Program-made: the position numbers and the translations under genes
Notes under the pieces: generated by a model
Databases searched by the model: none
What the model was told of the DNA's origin: nothing
The model's input: the letters and a program-made list of their open reading frames with translations, nothing else
From: a virus
Lineage: Duplodnaviria > Heunggongvirae > Uroviricota > Caudoviricetes
IMG/VR virus record: IMGVR_UViG_3300022660_000062
Coordinates: 1 to 64,000 of that record
DNA length: 64,000 nucleotides
Reading direction: 5' to 3' (one strand)
Shown here: positions 32,396 to 43,062 of the stretch, one piece after another
How positions within the stretch are numbered: the stretch's first letter is position 1
Layout: each line of letters opens with the position of its first letter

Positions 32396-34264
32396 GTGAG
32401 TAAGGAATATACTTCCGAATCAATTCAAGTGCTTGACGACATTGCACACATGCAATTGCGTAGAGGCATGTATATCGGTGAAGCTAATGATCCTCGTCAG
32501 CTGTTGTCTGAAGTTTTTGACAACGCGATTGATGAAGTGCAGGCAGGCTTCAGCGACGAGCTGGTAGTTACAATTGACACAACTGCAAACAAGTACAGTG
32601 TAAGAGACTTCGGTCGAGGTATTCCTCACGGCAAGAAGACTCTTGAGAATGGAACTCAGAAAGAAATTCTGGAAATTCTGATTACAAAAGCTAACAGTGG
32701 TGGTAAGTTTGATAACTCTTCTTACAACTACTCCTCTGGCTTGAATGGTCTAGGACTGACGATTACCAATGCGCTTTCAAATGAAATCCATCTTGCATCC
32801 TATCGTGATGGTAAGGTTGTAGAAGCAAGAGCTTATGGCAGTACTGTTGTGGATCTTGCTTATGAGTGCGGCAGCACTGAGCGCAATGGTACGCTGGTTG
32901 AGTTCATTCCCAATCCTAAAATGTTCCACAGTAAGAAAATTCCGATCGACTTCATTCGTGATCGTTGTCGAGTAGCAAGTGCTCTTGGATTTAGAGCACG
33001 ACTCGTTGTCGATGGTGTTGAGCAGAAAACTGATGCAAGTATGTTTGACCTCATCAAAGAAGAGAATGACAAGGTTAGCGTCTATGTTAACATTCAGCCG
33101 ATCGAAGTCATTGCGAGTACTGCAGAAAAGATGAAAGTAGCCCTGCGCTATACTTCAGAAACAAATGATCGGTACTTCGGTTATACTAATCTGTTGAGCA
33201 ACTATCTTGGTGGCACTCATGTTCAAGAGCTGTCTAAAACAATCATTGCAACTTGGAAGGAATTCATTGATAGTCACAAGAATATCAAGCCTTCCATTGA
33301 ACTTCATAACAACGACTTCCTGATTGGTCTCCGTGGCGTATGTGCAGTGTTTATTGCACATCCTGAATTCTCTTCTCAGACAAAAGAAAAGCTCGTTGTT
33401 AACAAGAAGTACTTTGAGGAATTGATGGGCTTGTTCAAGTCTCAGTTCTCTCGTTATCTTGAAGAGAATGTTCTCATCGCACAGCAGCTTATTAAGCGCT
33501 TCGAAGAGTATCGAGTTGCTCAAAATAATCTATTGTCCAGAAAAGAGATTAGTTCTTTGATCAAAGTGAACAACGATGGTGAAGATAACATCCGTAGACG
33601 ATCCGTTGTGTCAAAGTTGGTTGAATGTACTTCTCGTAAGAGAAAGAACACAGAGTTGTTTATCGTTGAGGGTGACTCTGCAAAAGGACCTTATATGTTT
33701 ACTCGTAACAGAGAACTGCAAGCTGTGCTGCCTCTGAGAGGTAAGATTCTGAATGTGACTTACAAGTCTATCAAGGATGCAATTAAGAACTCTGAAATTT
33801 GTGATATTGCAAACAGTATGGGTTGTGGTATCGGTGGCGCTTGCGATGCTAACAAGTCACGATATGAGCGAGTGATTATCTCGGCTGATGCTGACCCAGA
33901 TGGTTTGCAGATCAATTGTCTGGTTCTATCTGTGTTCATCAATCTATTCCCTGATATGGTAAAGCAAGGTCGAGTGTATGTATCTATGCCTCCTCTGTAT
34001 TGTTGGGGAGATAATCCTAAGAATTACGGTTGGTGCAACCGAGTGGAAGATATTCCTGCTGGTGTAAAGAATGTTCATCGCTTCAAGGGCTTGGGCGAAA
34101 TGAATGATGATCAGCTTGAGTACTTCTTAGTTAATCCTGAAACTAGAAACTTGATGCAGATTCAGTACCCTAGTGATGTTGAAGAGTTTAACAGAATTCT
34201 TGGAACCTCTGCTGGTAAGAATGATCTTCTGAAAGAGCTCGGAATTGTTGAGAAAGGTGAGTAA
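32396..34264 (+). CDS. Type II DNA topoisomerase ATPase/toprim subunit (GyrB-like; T4 gp39-type)
   Basis: GHKL ATPase N-terminus (LDDIAHMQLRRGMYIG, DNAIDE), transducer region, and toprim (ELFIVEGDSA, DADPDG). GTG start with AAGGAG RBS. Confidence 0.9.
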   Translation: MSKEYTSESIQVLDDIAHMQLRRGMYIGEANDPRQLLSEVFDNAIDEVQAGFSDELVVTIDTTANKYSVRDFGRGIPHGKKTLENGTQKEILEILITKANSGGKFDNSSYNYSSGLNGLGLTITNALSNEIHLASYRDGKVVEARAYGSTVVDLAYECGSTERNGTLVEFIPNPKMFHSKKIPIDFIRDRCRVASALGFRARLVVDGVEQKTDASMFDLIKEENDKVSVYVNIQPIEVIASTAEKMKVALRYTSETNDRYFGYTNLLSNYLGGTHVQELSKTIIATWKEFIDSHKNIKPSIELHNNDFLIGLRGVCAVFIAHPEFSSQTKEKLVVNKKYFEELMGLFKSQFSRYLEENVLIAQQLIKRFEEYRVAQNNLLSRKEISSLIKVNNDGEDNIRRRSVVSKLVECTSRKRKNTELFIVEGDSAKGPYMFTRNRELQAVLPLRGKILNVTYKSIKDAIKNSEICDIANSMGCGIGGACDANKSRYERVIISADADPDGLQINCLVLSVFINLFPDMVKQGRVYVSMPPLYCWGDNPKNYGWCNRVEDIPAGVKNVHRFKGLGEMNDDQLEYFLVNPETRNLMQIQYPSDVEEFNRILGTSAGKNDLLKELGIVEKGE

Positions 34265-34265
34265 G

Positions 34266-35654
34266 ATGAAAGAATTTATTTCTATGGATGCTTGTGAACT
34301 TGCAAAGACCAACTATACCGAGTATTCTCAGTATGTTGCTCAAGGTCGTAGTTATCCTTCTATCTATGATGGTGCAAAGAGTAGCTACAAGAGAGCAATC
34401 TACGGTATGTATACCAACAAGACAAGCAAGACTGTTAAGGTTGCGGAGCTGGCTGCTCATGCACTACCTTATCACCCTCATCCCACTTCCGTGGCAGGAG
34501 TCATCATTCAGCTCGGTGATGGTGGTAACAAGCTCAAGCTGATGGATACTCAAGGTAACTGGGGTAACAGTGCTCGACATATTGAAGCTTCTGCAGAGAG
34601 ATATATTGGCGGTAAACTGTCTACTCTGGCGGAACATCTACTGTGTGACTCTATTGAATACTGCAAGTTCGTTCCTGGTGAGATTGATAAGGATGAGCCT
34701 CTTGCTCTTCCTGCTCTCATTCCTCTGTGCTTTATCAATGGTAACAGTGGTATTCCTTCTGGATTGCCTACTTTGAATATTCCAACAATTGACATCATGG
34801 GAATGATTGATTACTATCTTGATATTCTTGCTCACAAGGATGTTGAGTACAAGCCGAAGAAGTATCCGAAGCCCAATCTGGAAATCAATGTGCTGTCCTC
34901 TGTTGAGGATTGGAATAATGTCTTGGAGACTGGTAAAGGAAGCATCCGCACTGCTCCTATCATGAGCATTGACGCTGCTAATGTAATCACGATTACTGGT
35001 TTACCGAAGACTAAAACAGTTGATCATGTTCGTAAGATTGTCGAGAAGGAAATCTTGCTCGACAAGATCGATATTCGAGATGAGACAGCTGAGACTATTC
35101 GTATTGTTATTGAGAAAGTTCCTCATAAGCAGTGCGATATGAAAGAACTGTTCAAGAGACTGTACACTAAATTGCAGTCCTCCGAGACTTACAACCTTGC
35201 ATTCTTCGATGAAGATAAGATCTATGTACCTTGTAGCTTCCACAAAGTCATTAGAACTAATCTTCAGTATGTCATTGACACTCAGCGCAATCGTCTAGCT
35301 AAGGAGCTGGAACAGCTGAAGATTCGCCTGCGTGTTCTGGAAATCATTGAGGACATGAAGAAAAAGAACAGTCTGAAGAGCTTGTTTGACCTGGATAGTA
35401 AGGCTGCGCTTAGTCACATCTGTGCCACATATAAATGTGATCAGGATATTGCAAGCAAGGTGTTGCAGAAGCCTATTTCTTACCTGACAAAGGAACATGG
35501 TCAGGAGTTGATTGATCTTCGTAATGATATTGAAGCAAACGAAGCCGATCAGAGTGACATCTATGAGTTCATGACTCGTAAGTACAAAGCTCTGAAGAAG
35601 GAGCTAACTCCCGTTCTTAAAAATAAGTTTGCTCCTACAACTTTCATCAAGTAA
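34266..35654 (+). CDS. Type II DNA topoisomerase breakage-reunion subunit (GyrA N-terminal-like; T4 gp52-type)
   Basis: Immediately follows the ATPase subunit. GyrA-like N-terminal domain (SYPSIYDGAKSSYKRAIYGM..., GNWGN). RBS AAAGGTGAG before the ATG at 34266. Confidence 0.8.
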   Translation: MKEFISMDACELAKTNYTEYSQYVAQGRSYPSIYDGAKSSYKRAIYGMYTNKTSKTVKVAELAAHALPYHPHPTSVAGVIIQLGDGGNKLKLMDTQGNWGNSARHIEASAERYIGGKLSTLAEHLLCDSIEYCKFVPGEIDKDEPLALPALIPLCFINGNSGIPSGLPTLNIPTIDIMGMIDYYLDILAHKDVEYKPKKYPKPNLEINVLSSVEDWNNVLETGKGSIRTAPIMSIDAANVITITGLPKTKTVDHVRKIVEKEILLDKIDIRDETAETIRIVIEKVPHKQCDMKELFKRLYTKLQSSETYNLAFFDEDKIYVPCSFHKVIRTNLQYVIDTQRNRLAKELEQLKIRLRVLEIIEDMKKKNSLKSLFDLDSKAALSHICATYKCDQDIASKVLQKPISYLTKEHGQELIDLRNDIEANEADQSDIYEFMTRKYKALKKELTPVLKNKFAPTTFIK

Positions 35655-35667
35655 GCGGAGGAGTGTA

Positions 35668-36108
35668 ATGCATAGTATCAACATCCAGAAAGTAAACTTG
35701 AATGCAGTAGTACCGACTTACGGTAGCGAGGGTGCGGCAGGCGCAGATCTGTATGCTTGCTTAGAGACTCCCGTTCGAATTGATCCAGGTGAGGATGGAA
35801 TCATTCCTACTGGCATTGCTGTTGAAATCCCGAAAGGCTTTGCGGGACTTATCTATGCTCGTAGTGGTATGGCTTGTAAGAGAGGTTTAGCTCCTGCAAA
35901 CAAAGTTGGAGTTATTGACAGTGACTATCGTGGAGAAATGATTGTGGTGTTGCACAACCACAGCAATGAAACAGAATATATCTATGATAAGGACAGGATT
36001 GCGCAGTTTGTGCTAACACCTGTTTGGACTCCTAGCTTCAATGTTTGTAAAGAACTTTCTGACACAGCCAGAGCTTCTGGAGGATTCGGTTCAACAGGCA
36101 CACGATAA
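35668..36108 (+). CDS. dut: dUTP diphosphatase (dUTPase)
   Basis: Motifs GAAGADL, ARSGMACKRGL, IDSDYRGE and GGFGSTG. GGAGGAG RBS before the ATG at 35668. Confidence 0.85.
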   Translation: MHSINIQKVNLNAVVPTYGSEGAAGADLYACLETPVRIDPGEDGIIPTGIAVEIPKGFAGLIYARSGMACKRGLAPANKVGVIDSDYRGEMIVVLHNHSNETEYIYDKDRIAQFVLTPVWTPSFNVCKELSDTARASGGFGSTGTR

Positions 36109-36109
36109 G

Positions 36110-36138
36110 TTGATTAAATAACTGTTATCATATATAAT
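36110..36138 (+). promoter_or_regulatory. Sigma-A-type promoter (family)
   Basis: AAGTTGATTAAATAACTGTTATCATATATAAT. Confidence 0.55.
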
Positions 36139-36167
36139 AAGAGCATAAAGGATAGGAGGTAGCTTAT

Positions 36168-36584
36168 ATGACTATCAAACATGCTCTTGTTGCTGGTGAG
36201 ATCTGCGCATATGTTGAGGGAACTGTTACTCGTATTCCTAACCAGTGGGTTCCCGGCGTAGTAGATATTCAATGGAAGGATCCTCGTGGCGTTACAAATG
36301 TTGTTGCTGGTGAGGAGAACTTCATTCCTGGAGCTTACAATGATCTAGTTGACATGGTCCGTAAAGCTAAAGAAGCTATCGAGCGTGATGTTCGAGTTGT
36401 TCTGAATCAGTCTTTCTTCCGTCCTTCAGATACAGAAAAGGCAATCGTCCGTCTCATGGTGCAAGATGGCGAGGACCTTAACAGCATCACTCCTCGTAGA
36501 GTGAAGAAGGTTTGGGAAGGTATGCTACGACTCTACGATGTGTGCAACACGATGGAAGAAGCATACATGTGCTACATGCACTAA
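36168..36584 (+). CDS. Hypothetical protein
   Basis: ORF with GGAGGT RBS. Confidence 0.55.
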   Translation: MTIKHALVAGEICAYVEGTVTRIPNQWVPGVVDIQWKDPRGVTNVVAGEENFIPGAYNDLVDMVRKAKEAIERDVRVVLNQSFFRPSDTEKAIVRLMVQDGEDLNSITPRRVKKVWEGMLRLYDVCNTMEEAYMCYMH

Positions 36585-36649
36585 GATCAAGTTGATTATC
36601 CAACAGTTATCTATTATAATAAGCACATAATAGATAAGGAGATGGTTGT

Positions 36650-36829
36650 ATGAAACAGCTCAAAGTTAATATCGTGTGCGATGAAAAAGCACGCACAGTC
36701 GCCATTGCAGTTGACGACGGTGAGTACATGGTCTACAACAATGACAATCCAGTCATTGATCGTCTGCTGAAGTATCTGGATTGGCCCGAACGATATCATA
36801 CCATCATTGATGTCGTTGATAATAAATAA
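36650..36829 (+). CDS. Hypothetical small protein (59 aa)
   Basis: AAGGAG RBS, downstream of a family promoter at about 36590-36625. Confidence 0.4.
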   Translation: MKQLKVNIVCDEKARTVAIAVDDGEYMVYNNDNPVIDRLLKYLDWPERYHTIIDVVDNK

Positions 36830-36849
36830 ACATACTGGAGGTAAATGTT

Positions 36850-37320
36850 ATGAAGCCTGAGAAGATTCTCGAAGCCATCAAGGCGATTCCTGGTGGCAGA
36901 TTTTTCCGCGTCCGTTACATGACCAAGGTCAAGATGAATGCCGAGTCCGTCAAGAACGGCATTACGGTTATCAAGATCGTGGACACCACCACTCGTACTG
37001 GTGTCAAGTACAAGAACATTGCTGGCGTTGTGCTGAACGAGTACCCCGACAGCTATGTCCCCAAGGTCTCCAACTGGGAGTGGGTTATTCCTCAGCGAGT
37101 CAAGCACAACAGCAAGACTGGTAAGGATTACCTGGTCATCGCTCCCATCGCGAAGGGTCACAACACTCATGTGTCCTATGTCCTGACCGATGGTGACGGC
37201 AACAGCCGAGTCATCACGAAGGAAGAGGCAAAGGAGTACTCTGTTCCCTCCTACTGGAAGGAAGGCGACAAGCCTGCTATCATGAACGTTACTCTGGAGA
37301 ATGTTCTGATGGTTAAGTAA
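36850..37320 (+). CDS. Hypothetical protein; compositionally foreign (GC about 52%, C/G-ending codons)
   Basis: ORF with GGAGGT RBS. Codon usage (AAG, GTC, ATC, GGC) contrasts with the AT-rich neighbours. Followed by an 11-bp perfect inverted repeat AGGCGCTAACG...CGTTAGCGCCT (37348-37413). Confidence 0.6.
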   Translation: MKPEKILEAIKAIPGGRFFRVRYMTKVKMNAESVKNGITVIKIVDTTTRTGVKYKNIAGVVLNEYPDSYVPKVSNWEWVIPQRVKHNSKTGKDYLVIAPIAKGHNTHVSYVLTDGDGNSRVITKEEAKEYSVPSYWKEGDKPAIMNVTLENVLMVK

Positions 37321-37449
37321 CTTCCAGAGTTACAACTAAAAGTTATAGGCGCTAACGGGAAGATTGGAGCCACTTAATAATAGTGACTAGTTACTAATCA
37401 ACTCGTTAGCGCCTAAAGCACAAGGGAGGAATGTTGCGGAGAATCTTGA

Positions 37450-37815
37450 ATGAAAACCGCTTCAGAATACATTATGTCAACAGAAAAAATCTACATAACA
37501 GCAGACCAGATCAAGAATACTTGCACGGATAGAGACTCGCAAGAAACAAATATCAACTGGCTCCGAGATGATGAAATATTGTCGATAGAAACAAGCGACA
37601 ATACATTCTTAACTAAGATGAAACACATCATGGAAAGAGATCCAGATAACTACAAATGCTACTACTATGCAAGCAATGTAGATAAAAAGACCGGCAAAGT
37701 ATGTGCATATGTATTTGAAGTAAGCAAGAAGCTCCTCAACTTTAGAGTCAACAGCGGCAGAAGAGAATTAACTGAGGATGAAAAAATAGCACTTAAACAA
37801 CGGTTGAAAAAATAA
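37450..37815 (+). CDS. Hypothetical protein
   Basis: ORF with GGGAGGAATG RBS. Confidence 0.5.
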   Translation: MKTASEYIMSTEKIYITADQIKNTCTDRDSQETNINWLRDDEILSIETSDNTFLTKMKHIMERDPDNYKCYYYASNVDKKTGKVCAYVFEVSKKLLNFRVNSGRRELTEDEKIALKQRLKK

Positions 37816-37886
37816 ATCAGATCAATAAAACTGTTTGTTTATTGACCATAATTAGTGCTAAATTGTTCGTTCAAAGATACAAAACA

Positions 37887-37922
37887 AAGCACTACAGCAC
37901 ATAACGCGTTGTAGTGCTTTTT
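37887..37922 (+). terminator. Rho-independent terminator
   Basis: AGCACTACAGCACATAACGCGTTGTAGTGCT followed by TTTTGTT. Confidence 0.55.
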
Positions 37923-37990
37923 GTTATATGCACATGTAGCTCTTGTATATAGTAATGTAAGTTAACTTATAACAAAGAGGTAGATAAGAA

Positions 37991-39517
37991 ATGAGAGATA
38001 TATTTGTTTATGATACAAGTAAGAAGGTTCCAAAGGATGTAACACATGTTAGAGTTGCAGATGGCGTTGAGATAATTCCATTCAATGCATTCAAAAATTG
38101 CAAACATCTTGAATCAATCGAGATTCCGTCAAGTGTAAGAGCAATCGGTATAAATGCTTTTGAGGGATGTGGTAACATAACTGATGTGTATGTTACTAAC
38201 GACTCAGTATGGAACAATATGAGCTTCATGGGTGGTTGGTGTGATCCTGTTAAAGAGCGTGGAGCTAGTTTGCATATAGTTGACAAGCTAACAGATTGTG
38301 AAGTTACAGCTACACAAGATGATACAGAGGAAGAAGATGAGCTAGATGATCTTTCTTGGAGCGACATGCTTGATGAACTCGATGGTGATGAGGATTGGAT
38401 GGATTCCCTCTATCAAGAGTTTTGTGATGAAGCTTATGCTCTTGTTGAGAAAGAAGGCTTTACTGACGTGTTTACTGAGCCTTCAACACAGATGGGACGT
38501 GGTGGTGATTTCTTCTGGGCCAAGAAAAATGGCGTAAATTATCGTGGTAACTATGATTTTGAATCTGAACAAGATATGTTCTGGAATTGTTGTTATGAAG
38601 CGGATTCAAGAGAAGAAGCTATTGAACTGTGTGCAAAGAAATATGCAAGTATTATCTTGAGTTCATTGAAGCCTGTAGTTGATGATCTTGATGAAGCTGC
38701 TTTCAGTGGCGGTATGGCTGGTGACAACAGTGCTAGCGGTGGCACTATTCGTGGTAGAGGTGCTTCTACGCAGCCTGGAAAGAACAACTACTTGAACAGA
38801 ATGAAGAGCAAGAATCCTGATCTTGTTGATACTATGGTAATCAAAGTTAGTGACATCAAGCCTGGAATGATTACTCAAGCTGGTCAAGTTAAGGAAGCTG
38901 AGGCTCGTAATCATGTTAGCGGTGGCAAGAAGATGTACATCATGCACACTAATGGTTATGATGGATTCTGGGGTCTTGATGAAACAATGGATGTTATGGT
39001 TGATCCTGAGAACAAGTCAAAGCCCTTTGCTGGTGATTACAGAGCTCTGCTGAAGATGGGCTTAAAGGAATCTAAATCTATCAAAGAGAAAATAGGAGAT
39101 AATTATTCTAACAATATCGAATATTGTCCTAGTTGTGGTGAATACTTAGATGGTAGTGATATCTCCGATGAACGTGACAATTCAGTAAGGTATACTTGTT
39201 ATCATTGCGGTAACTCATTTGACCGCACTAAATACTATAATGAATCTAAATCTATTGATGAAGCTCTTGTTACTGATTACATGGACAGTGAAACACTTCA
39301 TAGAGCGATGCAACATTTGATGTTTGGAACCTTCAATGCATATAATCAAGAAGAGAACATGATTGTTAAGACTACTACAAATCATGGTGCATTTGGAGGC
39401 GTAAATCAATTACATAGATATTTCAAATTTGTACATGGTGAGGATGGATGGGAAGCATACGAAGTTTCTTCTACAGGTGATAAAGTAGGGGACGCATTCT
39501 TGATTGACAACATCTAA
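37991..39517 (+). CDS. BspA-type leucine-rich-repeat protein with acidic linker and C-terminal zinc ribbon
   Basis: BspA-like LRR (...IIPFNAFKNCKHLESIEIPSSVRAIGINAFEGCGNITDVYV...), a D/E-rich region, and CPSCG...CYHCG. Confidence 0.6.
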   Translation: MRDIFVYDTSKKVPKDVTHVRVADGVEIIPFNAFKNCKHLESIEIPSSVRAIGINAFEGCGNITDVYVTNDSVWNNMSFMGGWCDPVKERGASLHIVDKLTDCEVTATQDDTEEEDELDDLSWSDMLDELDGDEDWMDSLYQEFCDEAYALVEKEGFTDVFTEPSTQMGRGGDFFWAKKNGVNYRGNYDFESEQDMFWNCCYEADSREEAIELCAKKYASIILSSLKPVVDDLDEAAFSGGMAGDNSASGGTIRGRGASTQPGKNNYLNRMKSKNPDLVDTMVIKVSDIKPGMITQAGQVKEAEARNHVSGGKKMYIMHTNGYDGFWGLDETMDVMVDPENKSKPFAGDYRALLKMGLKESKSIKEKIGDNYSNNIEYCPSCGEYLDGSDISDERDNSVRYTCYHCGNSFDRTKYYNESKSIDEALVTDYMDSETLHRAMQHLMFGTFNAYNQEENMIVKTTTNHGAFGGVNQLHRYFKFVHGEDGWEAYEVSSTGDKVGDAFLIDNI

Positions 39518-39530
39518 CAAGATACTATTC

Positions 39531-39569
39531 ATAGCGCAGTTGCACTTAGTTGTAGCTGCGCTATTTTAG
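39531..39569 (+). terminator. Rho-independent terminator
   Basis: ATAGCGCAGTTGCACTTAGTTGTAGCTGCGCTAT followed by TTTAGTT. Confidence 0.5.
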
Positions 39570-39628
39570 TTGTATGTTTTAACTGTTTATTATATAATAT
39601 GTATATAATGAGACAGGAGGTCTTCTAT

Positions 39629-39913
39629 ATGGAAATGTACACACTGAAGGATCTGAATACTGGTACCACCGTTGCAATCATTGATCAAACTGAGATGTCT
39701 CTGGAAGAGGCATTTGACTACATACGGAAAGAGAACAAGGAGCTGAATAGACAGTTGGCTACTGCCGTTGAATGTATTGAAATGTTTATCAAGTCTTGTG
39801 GTTCTTGTGCTCTTTGTGTCAAGCAAGATTGTAAGCTTCGTGACAAGCATCGTGAGTGGGGCAGCCCTTGTAAGCCTATCTGGTCTGGTGGTATGGATGC
39901 GGCAGCTGGTTGA
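39629..39913 (+). CDS. Hypothetical Cys-rich small protein
   Basis: CAGGAGG RBS before the ATG at 39629. Confidence 0.5.
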   Translation: MEMYTLKDLNTGTTVAIIDQTEMSLEEAFDYIRKENKELNRQLATAVECIEMFIKSCGSCALCVKQDCKLRDKHREWGSPCKPIWSGGMDAAAG

Positions 39914-39968
39914 TCTTGTATATACTGTTATGAGCTATTTTGAGAATGAATAGAAAGGTGCTTAGTGT

Positions 39969-40220
39969 ATGAAAGGTTTGATTGAGTTATTGAACAGAGC
40001 ACATGAACTCGATGAAGCAGCTAACAAAGAAGTAGTTGGATCTGATGTTGTTATCAGTCAAGACGCAGAAGATTATTTCTGCGAAGGTGAGGATGATTGT
40101 GGTTACATTGGTTCATGTGGTACGCTGATTTCTCACGATACTACAACAGATATGTGTGAAGTTGAATTCAGTGATGGCTGTATCATAACAATTCCGTTTG
40201 AGTACTTAGAATTGAATTGA
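39969..40220 (+). CDS. Hypothetical small protein
   Basis: ORF with AAAGGTG RBS. Confidence 0.5.
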   Translation: MKGLIELLNRAHELDEAANKEVVGSDVVISQDAEDYFCEGEDDCGYIGSCGTLISHDTTTDMCEVEFSDGCIITIPFEYLELN

Positions 40221-40272
40221 ACATGAAATTCAAATGAGAGAATTACAAACAGTATAAGAGGTTTAACTATAT

Positions 40273-43005
40273 ATGAATGAACATGATGTAAAAAGTCTTG
40301 TAAGTGATCTATCTAGCATCGATGGAATCTTTGTTTCGGAAACATTTCCTGTTCGAACTAGAAAGTATGCTCAAGGATACCGAGTATATGCAAAATACAT
40401 CTTTGATGATCAACAGTATGCACAGAATCTTGAAACTCTTGTTAAGAATGGTTGTGACAAAAACACTGTTCTTGAGGACCGTGGAGAGTGCGTGAAAAAG
40501 TTCATGGACAGTGCTATTCGGTCAATCATTGATAAATATTCTAACTTGAATATTGCTGTTAACCACAAGCTGTGGGGAATAGCTGGTCATGATGTTTGGG
40601 ATGAAGTTACATTGACTGTCAAACCTGCTTCAGGCATTGCAGAGGATCTAGAAACTGAACTCGAAATTCCTGCTCCATACAATCAGTACTACGAGTTTTC
40701 TCCCAACGAAGTAAACTTTGATGAGTTGCCTGATGCTTTTGATCATTACAAAGATCTGAAAGTTATTGCTGAGTTGTATGCAAAAGAGCAGTATGAAGAT
40801 GCACTTGCTGATAACTGTCTTGACTTCTGCTGGCTTGTTGAAGATGAGATTGGTAAGCTGTTGTTAGTCACCACAGCTGGTTTGCGTGTGTATCCGATTA
40901 CACTTGAAGAGATTCAGAATTGTGTTGGTGATGGATCCAGTGACAACTACTTTGATTTTGATGAGGGGTACACTGGTGAGCCGTCCTCTACTGAGTACGG
41001 TGATGCAGTGTCTCGTTACTTTAGAGAGATGACTGATGCTATCGAAAAGTACAACATCCGTAAAATCGGTCGTAAGCGTTCTATCGAGTATGATGGTGTT
41101 GTTAACGGACACAAGTTCTTCTTTGTTGAAGGTAATACTGGAACAGGACATTATGCTAAAGAACTTTACATTGATGGTAAAGAAGTAAATCTATATCAAT
41201 CAAAAGAGTCAGAAAGATCTTTTGCATATCTGAATGAAATGAATCAGTTTGGTATTCTGTCACTTGTTAAGATGTTAGAGAATGATAATCTTAGCGGAAT
41301 TGTTTATCGTGATGTTGATACTCTTGACGACTATGAAGAGGGTCTGGTTGAAGATGTTGAAATGTCTGATGCTCAGAGACTTGCCCTCCAGGAATTGGAT
41401 TCCTGTTTAGAATGTGGCGAGCTTACTGCAGAGAAACATGCTCTTGCTTATCAGATTCAGTGGGATATCAACTTTGAGGATGTACTGCTGTTTATCAACG
41501 GTATTGATGCTGATTTGAAAGATATCAAACATGTGGAGTACGGCGACTGCGATGAAACAAAATTTGATGGTTGCTACTCTGTAACATTCCACAACGGTGA
41601 TGTTAAGAATTATGGCTGGCACGATTTTGATATGACTGGTTCATTGACCTGCATTGATTGTAATGAAGGTATTCTAAGTGCCATTACTGGGATGACTCCA
41701 GTTGGTTTGACTGAAGATGTTGATGACGGTTGGGAGAAGCCTTTTGACTGGACTGAACGTTATGTTAAAGATGGTTTCGTGATCTACAACAATTATCAAG
41801 GCGCTTGGCATCTAGAACAAACAAGACCTAAGACCAAGCACTTCGGTAACTACAAAACTCTTGAAGCTGCAAAAGCAGCTGGTGACAAAGAGATTGCTGC
41901 AAGAGAGAACAAGAATAGAGGCAAGAAACCTCAGTTTGGCGTTCATCGTTTCTCTACTGATTCAATCATCTTCAGAGGCACTGAAGCAGAGTGTGGTAAA
42001 TACATTGACGATAGAGAAGAGCTGTGGGACGACGCAGAAGTTTACATGATGACTCCTTCTGATCCACATTATCTACAAGAGGGAACTGGCTCTGACACTG
42101 CTCATGTTATTCGTGATGTACTTACTACTGCATCAAAAGAAGATAAGGATGGTTGGACAAAAACTATTGCTGATATCATTGATGTTATTCCCGACCAATA
42201 CATTGATGATTTGTATGACATTACATCCGAGAAGCTGAAGGATGTTAAAGTCACAGACGCAGAAAAGAAAAAGATTCTTGATGCATCTGGCTCCGACATC
42301 GACTTGAATAACGACTTTGACACAGTCGGAAAGATTCTTGCACTGTTCGATGTACAGTCTTGGGATGCAGCAACATTGAAGAAGTTTGTTCTTGTTGTTC
42401 TGGGAATTGTGGCTGTTATTGAACCTACTCCGATTTTAGAAATTGTAACAGCGGTTGTTTCTCTGCTTCCTGCTGATATTGTTAAGACTATTCTTTCCAT
42501 TACAAACACGATCGGCAATCCTGTAGGTGCAATCGGCACTATTGCAAACCGTGCTTATCAAAGCAGTAAAAATGAAGATTATGCTCGTGTTGATGCAAAA
42601 GACTTTGTAAAACATCCTATGAACTATGATGTGACTAGTATGCTTGAATTTGAAGTTCAGGATGATGTTAAGGTCTACATTCATAGAGGTCCTGGAAGAC
42701 AGCGTGAGTTCTACATTATTATCGGCGACGCATATGTTCAGCACGCATTCAACAAGCTTGAAACTGTTGAGAAGTATCTCAGAAGAAACAATCTTGTTAA
42801 AGAAGTTATCTCAGAAAGTTTCAAGCCAGGTGATGTTGTTTATGTTACCGTTTGTAACAGACAAGGTCGTGTTCGTAAGATGATTTCTCCTGATGTTGTG
42901 GAAGTAGAGCTGCATGACAACGGCGTCTATCCCGAAAGAATTGATCGGTACTATGTAGACGAAGTGGAACTACAGTACAGTGATGATCTGGACGATGAGT
43001 TCTAA
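40273..43005 (+). CDS. Large hypothetical protein (910 aa), acidic, with C-terminal hydrophobic segment
   Basis: Long uninterrupted ORF with AAGAGGT RBS. Confidence 0.7.
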   Translation: MNEHDVKSLVSDLSSIDGIFVSETFPVRTRKYAQGYRVYAKYIFDDQQYAQNLETLVKNGCDKNTVLEDRGECVKKFMDSAIRSIIDKYSNLNIAVNHKLWGIAGHDVWDEVTLTVKPASGIAEDLETELEIPAPYNQYYEFSPNEVNFDELPDAFDHYKDLKVIAELYAKEQYEDALADNCLDFCWLVEDEIGKLLLVTTAGLRVYPITLEEIQNCVGDGSSDNYFDFDEGYTGEPSSTEYGDAVSRYFREMTDAIEKYNIRKIGRKRSIEYDGVVNGHKFFFVEGNTGTGHYAKELYIDGKEVNLYQSKESERSFAYLNEMNQFGILSLVKMLENDNLSGIVYRDVDTLDDYEEGLVEDVEMSDAQRLALQELDSCLECGELTAEKHALAYQIQWDINFEDVLLFINGIDADLKDIKHVEYGDCDETKFDGCYSVTFHNGDVKNYGWHDFDMTGSLTCIDCNEGILSAITGMTPVGLTEDVDDGWEKPFDWTERYVKDGFVIYNNYQGAWHLEQTRPKTKHFGNYKTLEAAKAAGDKEIAARENKNRGKKPQFGVHRFSTDSIIFRGTEAECGKYIDDREELWDDAEVYMMTPSDPHYLQEGTGSDTAHVIRDVLTTASKEDKDGWTKTIADIIDVIPDQYIDDLYDITSEKLKDVKVTDAEKKKILDASGSDIDLNNDFDTVGKILALFDVQSWDAATLKKFVLVVLGIVAVIEPTPILEIVTAVVSLLPADIVKTILSITNTIGNPVGAIGTIANRAYQSSKNEDYARVDAKDFVKHPMNYDVTSMLEFEVQDDVKVYIHRGPGRQREFYIIIGDAYVQHAFNKLETVEKYLRRNNLVKEVISESFKPGDVVYVTVCNRQGRVRKMISPDVVEVELHDNGVYPERIDRYYVDEVELQYSDDLDDEF

Positions 43006-43029
43006 GCAATAATATATAACAGTTATAAT

Positions 43030-43062
43030 GAGCTACTGACTTCGGTTGGTAGCTCATTTTTA
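43030..43062 (+). terminator. Rho-independent terminator
   Basis: GAGCTACTGACTTCGGTTGGTAGCTC followed by ATTTTTAT. Confidence 0.6.
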
